Shown piece by piece: positions 12,053 to 24,856 of a DNA stretch of 64,000 nucleotides. The notes under the pieces are model-generated. The model worked only from the letters and a program-made list of their open reading frames with translations. It was not told the origin of the DNA and made no database searches. The position numbers and the translations under genes were made by a program. How positions within the stretch are numbered: the stretch's first letter is position 1; the number at the start of each line of letters is the position of its first letter. Origin of the DNA: Mytilus edulis. Taxonomy: Eukaryota. The stretch lies in contig NC_092349.1 of the NCBI RefSeq assembly GCF_963676685.1, positions 63,326,924-63,390,923 of the forward strand, given 5' to 3'.

Positions 12053-13659
12053 TTGAGCCCTGATATTCTATTAGTAAATTTGTGTTAAAACAGACAAAAA
12101 ATGTTGAAAAAGTAGTCCTATTAAGGGCATACGATACAGTTACAGGGGAGGTAATAACGTTGCTTACGTAAAATGTTATTTTCACGACGTCAAACTATGA
12201 CACATCGGGAAAAGATGCATTTTTCGACTGATTTTTATCATTAAAACTGATTTAATTTGAAAACGAGTGCATGGACCCCTATGTTTTAAAATGACATTTT
12301 GTTTCATTTTGCAGGGAGATTATATGGACCAAATTTTATAAAACTGTAAATAGTGCAATTTTTTTAATTTTGAAAAATATACCTGTAGCTAAAAAATACT
12401 TTTTTCCCAATTCATGACCATTTGATAAATATGAGTTATTTCTGAATAAAAAATGCATACATTTTTAGGATACTTATAAAATACAGAAATTACAAATTAT
12501 TTAACAAAAAACAATATGTGTTTATCTTTTGAAACAAAAAACTTATGGCTTTCTTTCGAAAGGGAAAATTCGGCCACAAATCTGAATTTTAAACAAATAT
12601 ACAAATTTTCGACCTCATTTAACTCAAAAAGTAGCACATGAAGGAAGATTTTTTATTACATATTTGAATTAATCAGCCAAAAAATAGCCTATATGGAAAT
12701 TTTTATTAAACTGTAAATAAGGGATCAAAACTATACATATGACTCACATATGTATCGTATGCCCTTAATGATGTCTTGCAAGGCTATTTTAATTTTAGAA
12801 AAAAAAAAATTAAATAGCTTTGCTAGACGTCATTATTATTTGGACTTAGACAAAAAGATATGCAGAGATTGCAACTCTGTAAAATTAAATCATGTGCATG
12901 CAGCCTGAAATGAGAACTCTAGCTGATGAGTTACTCTACAAATGAGGGGAGAATTATTTAAACCTTTGATAGCTAACCGTAAATATATATATGTCTCTGG
13001 ACATTGAGACTCCATAGATATGCTAGCTAGTGTGATGCACCTCACTTATATTAAAAGACAAAGAAATGTTTTTTTGTAATGTAAATGATGTAGTTTTCTT
13101 CCATTATATATATATAATTGTGTCATTTTCCTGTGAGATGATGTTTGTGTTATCATGGTCATGATAGTTATGATATAAGTTGATACCAGAGACATATATA
13201 CATGTATAATGCTTGTATGACTATTCATTGTATACCGGTATGTTATTGAACACTAAACATGCTAAATAGGAATCATGGGAATTATAACTGTATAAGGACA
13301 GCCACTAGCTACATTTGTAGCTATCACAGAAGCTAGACAAAAGTTCTAACTTAAACAGCCCTTTGATGTTGATTTGTGTATTGATTTTCATTGACTTACC
13401 AATAGTTAAGATTGATGTTTAAAGGCCTTATCTATAAATACCCTATTATACACATGTACGTTTTTATAATACAACGAATTAAAGAGTGTCCTTTTTCATT
13501 ATAAGGCTTGTCTGTGAGCGTATTCCTGGTAAAGTTAGACTTTTAATAATCCAATACACTGTATCTACTATGGCTTTTGTAATAACTTCAGATTGAAAAA
13601 TAAAAACCATTCTTGATCTTGTTGGATTGAAAATGTCTGAAACCCATGATTCTTTCATT

Positions 13660-16325
13660 TTTAGCTCACCTGGCCCAAAGGGCCAAGTGAGCTTTTCCCA
13701 TCATTTGGCGTCCGTCGTCGTTAACTTTTACAAAAATCTTCTCCTCTGAAACTACTGGGCCAAATTAAACCAAACTTGGCCACAATCATCATTGGGGTAT
13801 CTAGTTTAAAAAATGTGTGGCGTGACCTGGCCAACCAACCAAGATGGCCGCCATGGCTTAAAATAGAACATAGGGGTAAAATGCATTTTTTGGCTTATAA
13901 CTCAAAAACCAAAGCATTTAGAGCAAATCTGACATGGGGTAAAATTGTTTATCAGGTCAAGATCTTTCTGTCCTCAAATTTTCAGATGAATCCGACAACC
14001 CTTTGTTGGGTTGCTGCCCCTGAATTGGTAATTTTAGAGATTTTTTGCTGTTTTTATACGACCGCAAAAATTTTAATTTTTTGGTCGTATATTGCTATCA
14101 CGTTGGCGTCGTCGTCGTCGTCCGAATACTTTTAGTTTTCGCACTCTAACATTAGTAAAAGTGAATAGAAATCAATGAAATTTTAACACAAGGTTTATGA
14201 CCACAAAAGGAAGGTTTGGATTGATTTTGGGAGTTTTGGTCCCAACATTTTAGGAATTAGGGGCCAAAAAGGGCCCAAATAAGCATTTTCTTGGTTTTCG
14301 CACTATAACTTTAGTTTAAGTAAATAGAAATCTATGAAATTTTGACACAAGGTTTATGACCACAAATGGAAGGTTGGGATTGATTTTGGGAGTTTTGGTT
14401 CCAACAGTTTAGGAATTAAGGGCCAAAAAAGGGCCCAAATAAGCATTATTCTTGGTTTTCGCACAATAACTTTAGTATAAGTAAATAGAAATCAATGAAA
14501 TTTTAACACAAGGTTTATGACCACAAAAGGAAGGTTGGGATTGAATTTTGGAGATGAGGTCACAACAGTTTATGAATTAGGGGCCAAAAAGGGGCCCAAA
14601 TAAGCATTATTTTTGGTTTTTGCACCATAACTTTAGTATAAGTAAATAGAAATCTATGAAATTTAAACACAAGGTTTATGACCATAAAAGGAAGGTTGGG
14701 TTTGATTTTGGGAGTTTTGGTCCTAACAGTTTAGGAATAAGGGGCCCAAAGGGTCCAAAATTGAACTTTGTGTGATTTCATCAAAAATTGAATAATTGGG
14801 GTTCTTTGATATGCCGAATCTAACTATGTATGTAGATTCTTAATTTTTGGTCCCGTTTTCAAATTGGTGTACATTAAGGTCCAAAGGGTCCAAAATTAAA
14901 CTTAGTTTGATTTTAACAAAAATTGAATCCTTGGGGTTCTTTGATATGCTGAATTTAAAAATGTACTTAGATTTTTAATTATTGGCCTAGTTTTCAAGTT
15001 GGTCCAAATGGGGGTCCAAAATTAAACTTTGTTTGATTTCATCAAAAATTGAATAAATGGGTTCTTTGATATGCCAAATCTAACTGTGTATGTAGATTCT
15101 TAATTTTTGGTCCAGTTTTCAAATTGGTCTACATTAAGGTCCAAAGGGTCCAAAATTAAACTAAGTTTGATTTTAACAAAAATTAAATTCTTGGGCTTAT
15201 TTGATATGCTTGATATGCATATGTAAATATGTACTTTGATTTTTGATTATGGGCCCAGTTTTCAAGTTGGATCAGGATTCCATATCAAGTATTGTGCAAT
15301 AGCAAGAAATTTTCAATTGCACAGTATTGCACAATAGCAAGAAATATCTAATTGCACAAAATTGCACAATATTGTGCAATAGCAATTAATTTTCAATTGG
15401 AGTTATCTTTCTTTGTATAGAATAGTAGTTGATAATATATGTTGGAAATTTGCCAGACATGACTATGATGTCATTTTCTATTTTTATTTGCCAATAACTT
15501 TATGTAAATAACTTCATTGGAAATTTGCCAATATAAAATGTTGCTGATGAAGCTTTTTTTTCCTTATCTTATCTAAAATGTTTTTAGATAATGTATGTTG
15601 GACATTTGCCAGACATGACTATGATGTCATTTTCTATTTTTATTTGCCAATAACTTTATGTAAATAACTTCATTGGAAATTTGCCAATATAAAATGTTGC
15701 TGATGAAGTTTTTTTTATTGTTTTATACAATAAACAATGTATATTCACTTTTACTACCAACCAATCTTTACCATTCAGTGATAACAAGCACTTTATTTTA
15801 CATTTTAATATTTTATGATGTATTTAAAAGAGTAGTTGTTGTTGCAAACTCCATTAGAAATTTGAATTGATATCAGTTTTGGAAAAAGGGAAACGGGGAT
15901 GTGAAAAAAAAGGGGGGGGGGGGGGTTAAATTTTTCTCATTTCAGATTTCATAAATAAAAAGAAAATTTCTTCAAACATTTTTTTGAGAGGATTAATATT
16001 CAACAGCATAGTGAATTGCTCAAAGGCAAAAAAAAACTTTTAAGTTCATTAGACCACATTCATTCTGTGTCAGAAACCTATGCTGTGTCAACTTTTTAAT
16101 TTTAGATTTAAAAAGTTTGAAGAAGAAATCTTTAATTGATTTGTAAAATCTTGACATTTGTTTTGTGTAAAAAAAACCCATGTAATGTCAAAAATTTGAT
16201 CACAATCCAAATTCAGAGCTGTATCACGCTTGAATGTTTTGTCCATACTTGCCCCAACTGTTCAGGGTTCGACCTCTGCGGTCGTATAAAGCTGCGCCCT
16301 GCGGAGCACCTGGTTGGTTATTATC
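13660..16325 (+). repeat. Composite macro-repeat: terminal hairpin, 490-bp unit, (CGT)n, 165-bp satellite x4, 120-bp satellite x4, 37-bp and 170-bp tandems, poly-G element
   Basis: The hairpin is agctcacctggccc-aaa-gggccaagtgagct at 13663-13693. Sub-arrays lie at 14140-14760, 14755-15235, 15290-15400, 15410-15720 and 15860-16325. Paralogous partial copies are at 18290-19600, 32440-33690 and 47150-48260. Confidence 0.8.
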
Positions 16326-18200
16326 TTGAATATTGTTATAAACAGAGATAAACTGTAAACAGCAATAATGTTCAGCAAAGTTAGATTTACAAATAAGTCA
16401 ACATGACCAAAATGGTCAGTTGACCCCTTTAGGAGTTATTGACCTTTATAGTCAATTTTTAACCATTTTTCGTAAATCTTAGAAATCTTTTACAAAAATC
16501 TTCTCCTCTGAAACTGCTGGGCCAAATTAATCCAAACTTGGCCACAATCATCTTTGGGGTATGTAGTTTAAAAAATGTGTGGCGTGACCCGGCCAACCAA
16601 CCAAGATGGCCGCCATGGCTAAAAATAGAACATAGGTGTAAAATGCAGTTTTTGGCTTATAACTCAAAAACCAAAGCATTTAGAGCAAATCTGACATGGT
16701 TAAAAGTGTTTATCAGGTCAAGATCTATCTGTCCTGAAATTTTCAGATGAATCCGACAACCTGTTGTTGGGTTGCTGCCCCTGAATTGGTATTTTTAAGG
16801 AAATTTTGCTGTTTTTGGTTATTATCTTGAATATTATTATAGATAGAGATAAACTGTAAACAGCAATAATGTTCAGCAAAGTAAGATTTACAAATACGTC
16901 AACACGAATGAAATGGTCAGTTGACCCCTTTAGGAGTTATTGCCCTTTATAGTCAAATTTTAACCATTTTTTTCGTAAATCTTAGTAATCTTTTACAAAA
17001 ATCTTCTACTCTGAAACTACTGGGCCAAATTAAACAAAACTTGGCCACAATCATCATTGGGGTATTTAATTAAAAAATGTGTGGCGTGACCCGGCCAACC
17101 AACCAAGATGGCCACCATGGCTAAAAATAGAACATAGGGGTAAAATGCAGATTTTGGCTTATAACTCAAAAACCAGAGCATTTAGAGCAAATCTGACAGA
17201 GTAAATTTGTTTATCAGGTCAAGATCTTTCTGCCCTCGAATTTTCAGATGAATCCGACAACCCGTTGTTGGGTTGCTGCCCCTGAATTGGTAATTTTAGG
17301 GAATTTTTGCTGTTTTTGGTTATTATCTTGAATATTATTATAGATAGAGATAAACTGTAAACAGCAATAATGTTCAGCAAAGTAAGATTTACAAATAAGT
17401 CAACAGGACCGAAATGGTCAGTTGACCCCTTTAGGAGTTATTGCCCTTTATAGTCAATTTTTAACCATTTTTCGTAAATCTTAGAAATCTTTTACAAAAA
17501 TCTTCTCCTCTGAAACTACTGGGCCTAATTAATCCAAACTTGGCCACAATCATCTTTGGGGTATTTAATTGAAAAAAATGTGTCCGGTGACCCGGCCATC
17601 CAACCAAAATGGCTGCCACGGCTAAAAATAGAACATAGGGGTAAAATGCAGTTTTTGGCTTATAACTCAAAAACCGAAGCATTTAGAGAAAATCTGACAG
17701 GGTTAAATTGTCTATCAGGTCAAGATCTATCTGCCCTGATATTTTCACATGGATCGGACAACCCGTTGTTAGGTTACTGCCCTGAGTTGGTAATTTTAAG
17801 GAAATTTTGCCGTTTTTTGTTATTATCTTGAATATTATTATAGATAGAGATAAACTGTAAACAGCAATAATGTTCAGCAAAACAAGATCTACAAATAAGT
17901 TTCATGACCAAAATAGTCAATTGACCCCTTAAGGAGTTATTGCCCTTTATAGTTAATTTTTAGCATTTTTCATAAATTTATGTAAATTTTTAGAAAAATA
18001 TTTTCCACTGTAATTACTGGGCCAAGTTCATTATAGATAGAGATAATTGTAGCAACAAGAATGTTCAGTAAAGTAAGATCTACAAACACATCACCATCAC
18101 CAAAACACAATTATGTCATGAATTTATCTGTGTCCATTGTTTAATATGCACATAGACCAAGGTGAGCGACACAGGCTCTTGAGAGCCTCTAGTCTCTTAA
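16325..18200 (+). repeat. Tandem array of about 490-bp units (about 3.6 copies) with a terminal ggctcttgagagcc hairpin
   Basis: The unit holds tacaaaaatcttctcctctgaaactactgggccaaatt…ccaagatggccgccatggct…ttgctgcccctgaattgg. The track ORFs at 16538..16750 and 17556..17831 are repeat-encoded. Confidence 0.85.
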
Positions 18201-18289
18201 AGTTGTTGTGTCAGAAAATAGTGTGAAGTACTAGTGTTTCAATTTGAAATGATTAAGCCTGTTGCTCCTAATCATTGTACCATTAAGCA

Positions 18290-19600
18290 TGTTTAGTATA
18301 AGTAAATAGAAATCAATAAAATTTTAACACAATGTTTATAACCACAAAAGGACGCTTGGGATTGATTTTAGGAGTTATGGTCCCTAAGGTTTAGGAATGA
18401 GGGGTCCAAAGGGGCCCAAAACAAGCATTTATCTAGTGTCAGTACAAAAAGTTGAGTATAAGTATTTTAAATGTTCTGAAATTGTACCACAATGTTTAAT
18501 ACCATAAGTAGGTTGGAATATATTTTGTGGGTTATGAGGCAAACAGTCTAGGAATAAACATGATAGAGGGCCAAAAACAAGCATTTTTTGTAGTTTCAAG
18601 ACAATAAATTGGAGTTATCTTTCTTTGTCCAGAATGGTTGTTGAATCACCTAAAACCAATGCTTTATGAAATCTTCTTTAAAAATTGGAGTTATCTTTCT
18701 TTGTCCATGCAGAATAGTAGTTGAATCAACTTAAATCAATGCTATATACAACATGTATACAATGCAATATTCACTTTACTACTAACTGATAAGTAAAAGC
18801 AGTCTTTACCATTCAGTGATTACAAGCACTTTGATTACCATTCTAGGGTTATGCCCCTTTACAAATGGAAAAATTGAAGATTTTTTTAGTTTCTGTTCTC
18901 TTAACTTAAGTTTGTCTCAACTAAATTTAATGAAATGTGTGTATAATGCTTATTACCTCTAAACATAGTTTAAGTTAAGTTTTTGGCAGCTTCACTTTTA
19001 CAGTTCTTGAGTTATGTCCCTTTATAATGTTATATGCTAGCGGGGGCATCATCTGTGTCCCTTTGGACACATTCCCAATTTAATTTTTTAGAAGTTGAAT
19101 ATACTATTAATTAATATTAATTTTAACCATGACTGTATGCCATTTTATATTTTAAATTTTAATATTTTATGATGTATTTAAATGAGTAGTTATTGTTGCA
19201 AACTCCATTAGAAATTTGAATTGAGATTGTTTTTTGAATAAGGAAAAGGGGAAGGTGAAAAAAATTGGGGGGGGGGGGGGGGGTTTCAATTTTTCTCTAT
19301 TTCAGATTTCAGAAATTTAAAAACAAAATTTCTTCAAATATTTTTTTTTTTTGAGAGGATTAATGTAATATATTCAACAGCATAGTGAATTGCTCAAAAG
19401 CAAAAAAAAAAAACTTTTTAAGTTCATTAGACCACATTCATTCTGTGTCAGAAACCTATGCTGTGTCATCTATTTAATCACAATCCAAATTCAGAGCTGT
19501 ATCCAGCTTAAATGTTGTGTCCGCATACTAGCCCCAACCGTTCAAGATTCGACCTCTGTGGTCGTATAAAGCTGCACCCTGCGGAACATCTGGTTATAGT
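18290..19600 (+). repeat. Duplicated block paralogous to 14140-16325 (165-bp satellite units, 75-bp tandem, poly-G element)
   Basis: 18770-19600 aligns with 15725-16325, including the G(13-15) tract and the terminal ggttcgacctctgcggtcgtataaagctgc. Confidence 0.75.
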
Positions 19601-20382
19601 TGGAGGAAGCTGTAGTGCCCAGATAGAACCACCAACTTTCTGTAGGAAAACTGACAATCCTTAAGTCAATTCAGGTAAGAGTCAAGTACACAGATGCCAC
19701 ATGAAGGATTTGATCTCACAACCCCCGTGAGTATTGACAGGCTATAGTGATCATACATAATGTAGTTTAAAGTAGACAACATAGACCTGTAACTCCACCA
19801 TGGTTGGGCCCAATTGACTCATTAGACCAACACAAAGCACCCAAAAATCAATTATAGCAGAAAGATTTAAGACACATATTATATATAAGCATCAATCAGA
19901 GAGTATTCACATCTTAAATTCTTCCACATGTTCATAAAAGGACTATAATATAACATGTTCAGTGGTAAAATATATATATTTCTTGAGAAAGTAAAATTTT
20001 CTTAGCATTAAGGTTTATAATGTTTTTCTCTAGACTGCATGCAAGGTATTTTTCACATGTATATCATACCAATCCTGAACATTTATAAAATTTTAAAATA
20101 ATAAAACTGAATGTTACATACCCTACAATGGTCATGCAGCTAGTTGATTTCGACTGAAAATAATAATCTTTAAGATAATTAATTTCTCAGAAATGGTATG
20201 ATGTTAGGGTACATTGTTGTAAAATGTGTTAAAATCCTAGTTGTCTTAAGTCCAAATTATAAAATGCATTGCTAATTCCATTTATCATTATTTTAATTAG
20301 TTCCAGGAAGATTTATATTGAATATAAAATTGACAATCACAGTGGAGTCTGAAATAAAATTTGATGAATATGACTACAACAT

Positions 20383-20618
20383 GTACATCAATAGGGCTCT
20401 TCACAGTTAGTTCGGCCATATTGGATAGGGGGTAGATTTTCATAATAGATGGAAAAAGGGTGTGAAAAATACGAGAAAACATCATTAAATTAGAGCAGTA
20501 TGTTGCTTGGAAACATGCATAGGATTTCCTATACTTTCATACTACTTCCACCTCTTTCAAAAAAATCTACCCCCTATCCAATATGACCCAACTAACTGTG
20601 AAGAGCCCTATTGATGTA
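20383..20618. mobile_element. Tc1/mariner-like MITE, about 236 bp, with 45-bp TIRs and TA target duplication
   Basis: ta|catcaatagggctcttcacagttagtt…aactagttgggtcatattgg…gaagagccctattgatg|ta. Confidence 0.75.
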
Positions 20619-21315
20619 AGGAAATAAATTACAAAATATTAGATGCTCTTGATTAATAGTTTATCTATATATATATACAATTGTGATTACAAGTATATGT
20701 TTATGACAGCCTTTGACAACATGGACAAAACAGCATATTTTATTCAGTATTCAGAAAAAATAAAAATTACAAAAATACCAAACTCAGAGGACAAGTCAAA
20801 ATGAAATATTGGACTTCATCCCACCATACAATATCTGTGACAAAATCCATTCTGCTGTTAATTCAGTGTTCTATTTTAGGATATATATATATATATATAA
20901 TAGTTGTTGACAGTGTACATATTTATATATAATAGTCATACTCATTTATTGCATGTGCTTTATTTTGTAATCCATTTGATAGTATAGCTCAAATTTGGGC
21001 ACCATGATTGGTAAATAAAATTATCTTATCTTATTTAAGAATGATTTAAAGAAACTTTGCATGTATTTAAAGAATATAATTATTAAATGTGTTTTAATCA
21101 TGTTCAAAATATATATCTTATAATGTCATATGCCTTTTAATATCTAAATCTACATTACCTATTTATAAATTCAGCAGAATATATGTTTTAACGGAGCCTC
21201 AAGACTATGTCTAGATTTTAAAAGATTTAACACTGGACATTTATCAGGACAGGTAAACTTTATGTTTGAATGCATTCTACTTCCACGTTATGTTGATTAA
21301 ACATTAGTGTAGTAC

Positions 21316-21352
<37 letters not shown>

Positions 21353-21693
21353 GGGACATACAAATGTAAACTTCATACTGTTATTTTATCAAACACTTGG
21401 GATATTACACCTTATTTCAGGTAAAACTAAGTGGTCAAGCTTATAATCACTGGTCAGTAGGTACATCATAAGATTTTATACTTATCTTGCTTATTATAAG
21501 CATTGATTATAGATTATATCCCTTTGGTTGAAAGGTTATAAAGTAACTGGACTTTAATTTTTATAAAACTTATTTTCCATGTAGTTTTCAGTGAGTTAAA
21601 TATATTCTTGTAAAAGTTTGCATGGTAGTTCTACTCCCATTATTTGCATAAATTCAGACTGAACTTTTCAATTGACCGACATAATAGTAGATA

Positions 21694-21694
<1 letters not shown>

Positions 21695-21747
<53 letters not shown>

Positions 21748-21767
21748 ATATATATATATATATATAG
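21695..21767. repeat. (AT)n microsatellite
   Basis: About 70 bp of alternating AT, interrupted by catg. Other (AT)n runs lie at 20881-20900, 21311-21350 and 52951-52985. Confidence 0.9.
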
Positions 21768-22517
21768 ATCACTGCATGCAGTAAATTTACTTGTAAGATA
21801 ATCTGGTGCGAGTCCATACATTTAAACATTAACATGATTAAAATGGCTTGAAAATATTTTATCCGTGTTAAAATGGTCATCCAATGAAGTTTTTTAAACA
21901 TTGATATTGATGGATAATCAAAAGGCTTTTTCAAAATTAATCTTGCTATGCGCTTTTGTAGTTTATGAATCCGCTCAATGTTGCAATTTGCGGTAAAACC
22001 CCATATGGTGCAACAATAATCAATTATTGATAATATATAACTGTTTTAATAACTGTTATATCTTTGTGTTAACTGCAGTTTATAATTTATAATCTTATGT
22101 AGATTTGTTTTCAAAAGTAGTAAATATAGTGAGTGAGCCTTAAAATTAGCCTTATTGAATGTTACTTAAGCTTTATAGAATTATTTTCCTTCCTAGTACT
22201 TGTTGTTTAAAAGTTTGGTTGGCTAGCTTGCTTTATTAGTATAAATGTTTGCTTGAAATCATTTTAATTAAGATTGACATGTACAATCAAAAGATAGGAG
22301 GGGCTTAACAGCTAGTATATAATATATACTCTGCATCATACTTGACACATTTCTATAAAATTATAAAAGCTGAAGCCCTGTCTTAATAATGCAGAAGGCA
22401 ATCATGATTAAATACTAGAGCAAATTTAACATATACACAAATATAGCACTGAACGTTTCTCACTTTTTTAATTGTAGGAAATATACTTTGAGAAACAGTT
22501 AGCAGCAGATAAGAACT

Positions 22518-22682
22518 ATGGGTACATTAACTTGGACATTTATAGTTGGTGCTGTGACCTTGGTGGTGACCTATGCTGCTATAAGAATATTTAAATATTT
22601 GAAATGGCTGAGACTTGTGATAACGTTGGTTTCAAAACTTCCAGGTCCAAAGCCACATTGGTTCTTTGGAAATATATTTCAT
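22518..22682 (+). CDS. CYP4-like P450 gene B, exon 1 (MGTLTWTFIVGAVTLVVTYAAIRIFKYLKWLRLVITLVSKLPGPKPHWFFGNIFH)
   Basis: ATG at 22518, donor gtaata at 22683. ORF track 22518..22703. Confidence 0.85.
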
Positions 22683-22938
22683 GTAATAAGTATTTTATGT
22701 TGAATTTAATATGATAGCTTAACCCTTTCCTCCATTATGACGCCTTTTGACGCCACCCCTTTACTCCATAATGATGCCTTTTGACGCCTGTGTAGTACCT
22801 CAGTTGAAACGCTTTGACTAAGAAATGTTTACATCAGACTTGGAAAAAATTGTATCCAATATAAAAAGAATATCTGACTTCAATTTTATTTATGAAATAT
22901 TTGTTTTCACAATGCATTTATACTTTAAACCTGACGAT

Positions 22939-22994
<56 letters not shown>

Positions 22995-23012
22995 CGTCCG
23001 TCAGTCCTGTTT

Positions 23013-23640
23013 CTTGTCATCGCAACTCCTCTCAAACCACACAACAGAATTTCACGAAACCTTTTCAGATAATAAGAACATACTATGTAGTTGTGCATAT
23101 CGACGGGAAATTGCGATTCAATTTTTTTTCTAGGAGTTACGCCCCTTTGAACTTATTTACTTTAATGTACTACTGCAACAGTTTGTCATCGCAACTCCTC
23201 TCAAACCACACAACAGAATTTCACGAAACCTTTTCAGATAATAAGGACATACTATGTAGTTGTGCATATCAACGGGAAATTGCGATTCAATTTTTTTTCT
23301 AGGAGTTACGCCCCTTTGAACTTATTTACTTTAATGTACTACTGTAACAGTTTGTCATCGCAACTCCTCTCAAACCACCAAACAGAATTTCACGAAACCT
23401 TTTCAGATAATAAGGACATACTATGTAGTTGTGCACATCGACAGGAAATTGCGATTCAATTTTTTTTCTAGGAGTTACGCCCCTTTGAACTTATTTACTT
23501 TAATGTACTACTGCAACAGTTTGTCATCGCAACTCCTTTGAAACCACACAACAGAATTTCATGAAACTTTGTAGATAATAAGGACATACTACGTAGATGT
23601 GCATATCGACAGGATATTATGATTCAATTCAAAAAAAGGG
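23013..23640 (+). repeat. 169-bp tandem repeat, about 3.7 copies, in intron 1 of gene B
   Basis: tgtcatcgcaactcctctcaaaccacacaacagaatttcacgaaacc… recurs at 23014, 23183, 23352 and 23521. Track ORFs 22825..23471 are artefacts of the repeat. Confidence 0.85.
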
Positions 23641-24572
23641 CGAAAGATACCAGAGAGAAATTCAAACTCATAGATCTAAAATAAACTGACAACGCAATGG
23701 CTAAAAAAGAAAAAGACAGACAAATAATAGTACCCAAGACACAACATAGAAAACTAAAGACTAAGCAACACGAACCTCAGTAAAACCTGGAGGTGATCTC
23801 AGGTGCTCTGAAGGTAGATCATAAGTAAATGTTTTTTGAGACAGAATTTTCTTATAATTTGCCAAAATGAAGATTTTACTATGCTTTTTTCAAAAATATA
23901 ATAAAAAGTATGGGTCACTGTGCTATTTTTCAAGCTATGAGTCGTTGAAAATTGCCTAAATTTGGTTTGTTTGTTCATAAAAAAACATATAAGAGTGCAT
24001 AGAATTTTGAAATAAATTGTAAGAAGATAGGTTTCATAATGTGTTTTAAGAAAATAAAAAGAAAACATGATGTCACCGAACTTGTTTTCTTGCCACAAGT
24101 AAAAATTAAAAAAATCCCTATTAGCCCAGTATAAATTTTGTATTAAAAGAGTTATCTCCCCTGAAATGGCTCATTTGTAAAAATAATTTTAAAACCAAAA
24201 AGGTTGATATTTGTTAAAATATTTTGAATAATACAATAAATTAACAAGTTTTCTTTATATAAATATACAGTCTAACCATTAAATTGCAAACCTGTTTCCA
24301 AATTTGCTGATTTGGGCAAATAACTAGACCAATTTTGTACTGTGATTGTACAATCCAAGATGGCGGTATACCATGAATCTACCTTAAGGGTAAGCAGATC
24401 CTGCTCCACATGTGGCACCCTTTGTGTTGCTCATGTTATTACAAACCGTGAAAATAGTCTAATTCAGTAGGTCAACTAACCATATTGCATGCTTAGTAAA
24501 ACCCTGTAATAATAAAGTAGTGTTGTTGTTTTAGTTGTCGGTATAATATACGGTACATAAATTTATTTTCAG

Positions 24573-24771
24573 ATAAAAGATTTCAGTGACCTGATGTTTA
24601 GGATGCATGAGGAATGTATAGCAAAGGGAGACAAACTATATGTGTTTTGGTTGTTTCGATTCCAACCAATTATTATCCTGGCACATCCAGACACCATGAA
24701 AGTAGTAATGAGATCTAATGCTCCAAAGACAATGATTGGTCCAGGGTATCCTTTTCTTGTTCCATGGCTAG
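24573..24771 (+). CDS. CYP4-like gene B, exon 2 (IKDFSDLMFRMHEECIAKGDKLYVFWLFRFQPIIILAHPDTMKVVMRSNAPKTMIGPGYPFLVPWLG)
   Basis: Acceptor ttattttcag, donor g|gtgagt. Phase 0 to 1. Confidence 0.85.
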
Positions 24772-24856
24772 GTGAGTTGTAATGAGATATAATGCTCCAA
24801 AGACAATGATAGGTCCAGGATATCCTTTTCTTGTTCCATGGCTAGGTAAGTTGTGA
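24709..24856 (+). repeat. 74-bp tandem duplication covering the 3' end of gene B exon 2 and its splice donor
   Basis: atgagatctaatgctccaaagacaatgattggtccagggtatccttttcttgttccatggctaggtgagttgta is repeated directly with 6 mismatches. Confidence 0.85.

Noticed and set aside
13776-17831. Long ORFs in the six-frame track (13776..14135, 16538..16750, 17556..17831) with similar translations (MATII.GV.SLKNVWRD.ANQPRWPPWLKIEHR…)
   Set aside because: They are reiterated inside every copy of the 490-bp tandem unit and are interrupted differently in each copy. This is repeat-encoded ORF noise, not a gene.
22825-23471. Three overlapping ORFs with near-identical translations (…SSQLLSNHTTEFHETFSDNKDILCSCA…)
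   Set aside because: They arise from the 169-bp tandem repeat in gene B intron 1. Periodicity explains them.
24772-24845. Second copy of the exon 2 splice donor as an alternative exon extension
   Set aside because: Using it would add 74 nt, which is not a multiple of 3, and would include an in-frame taa.
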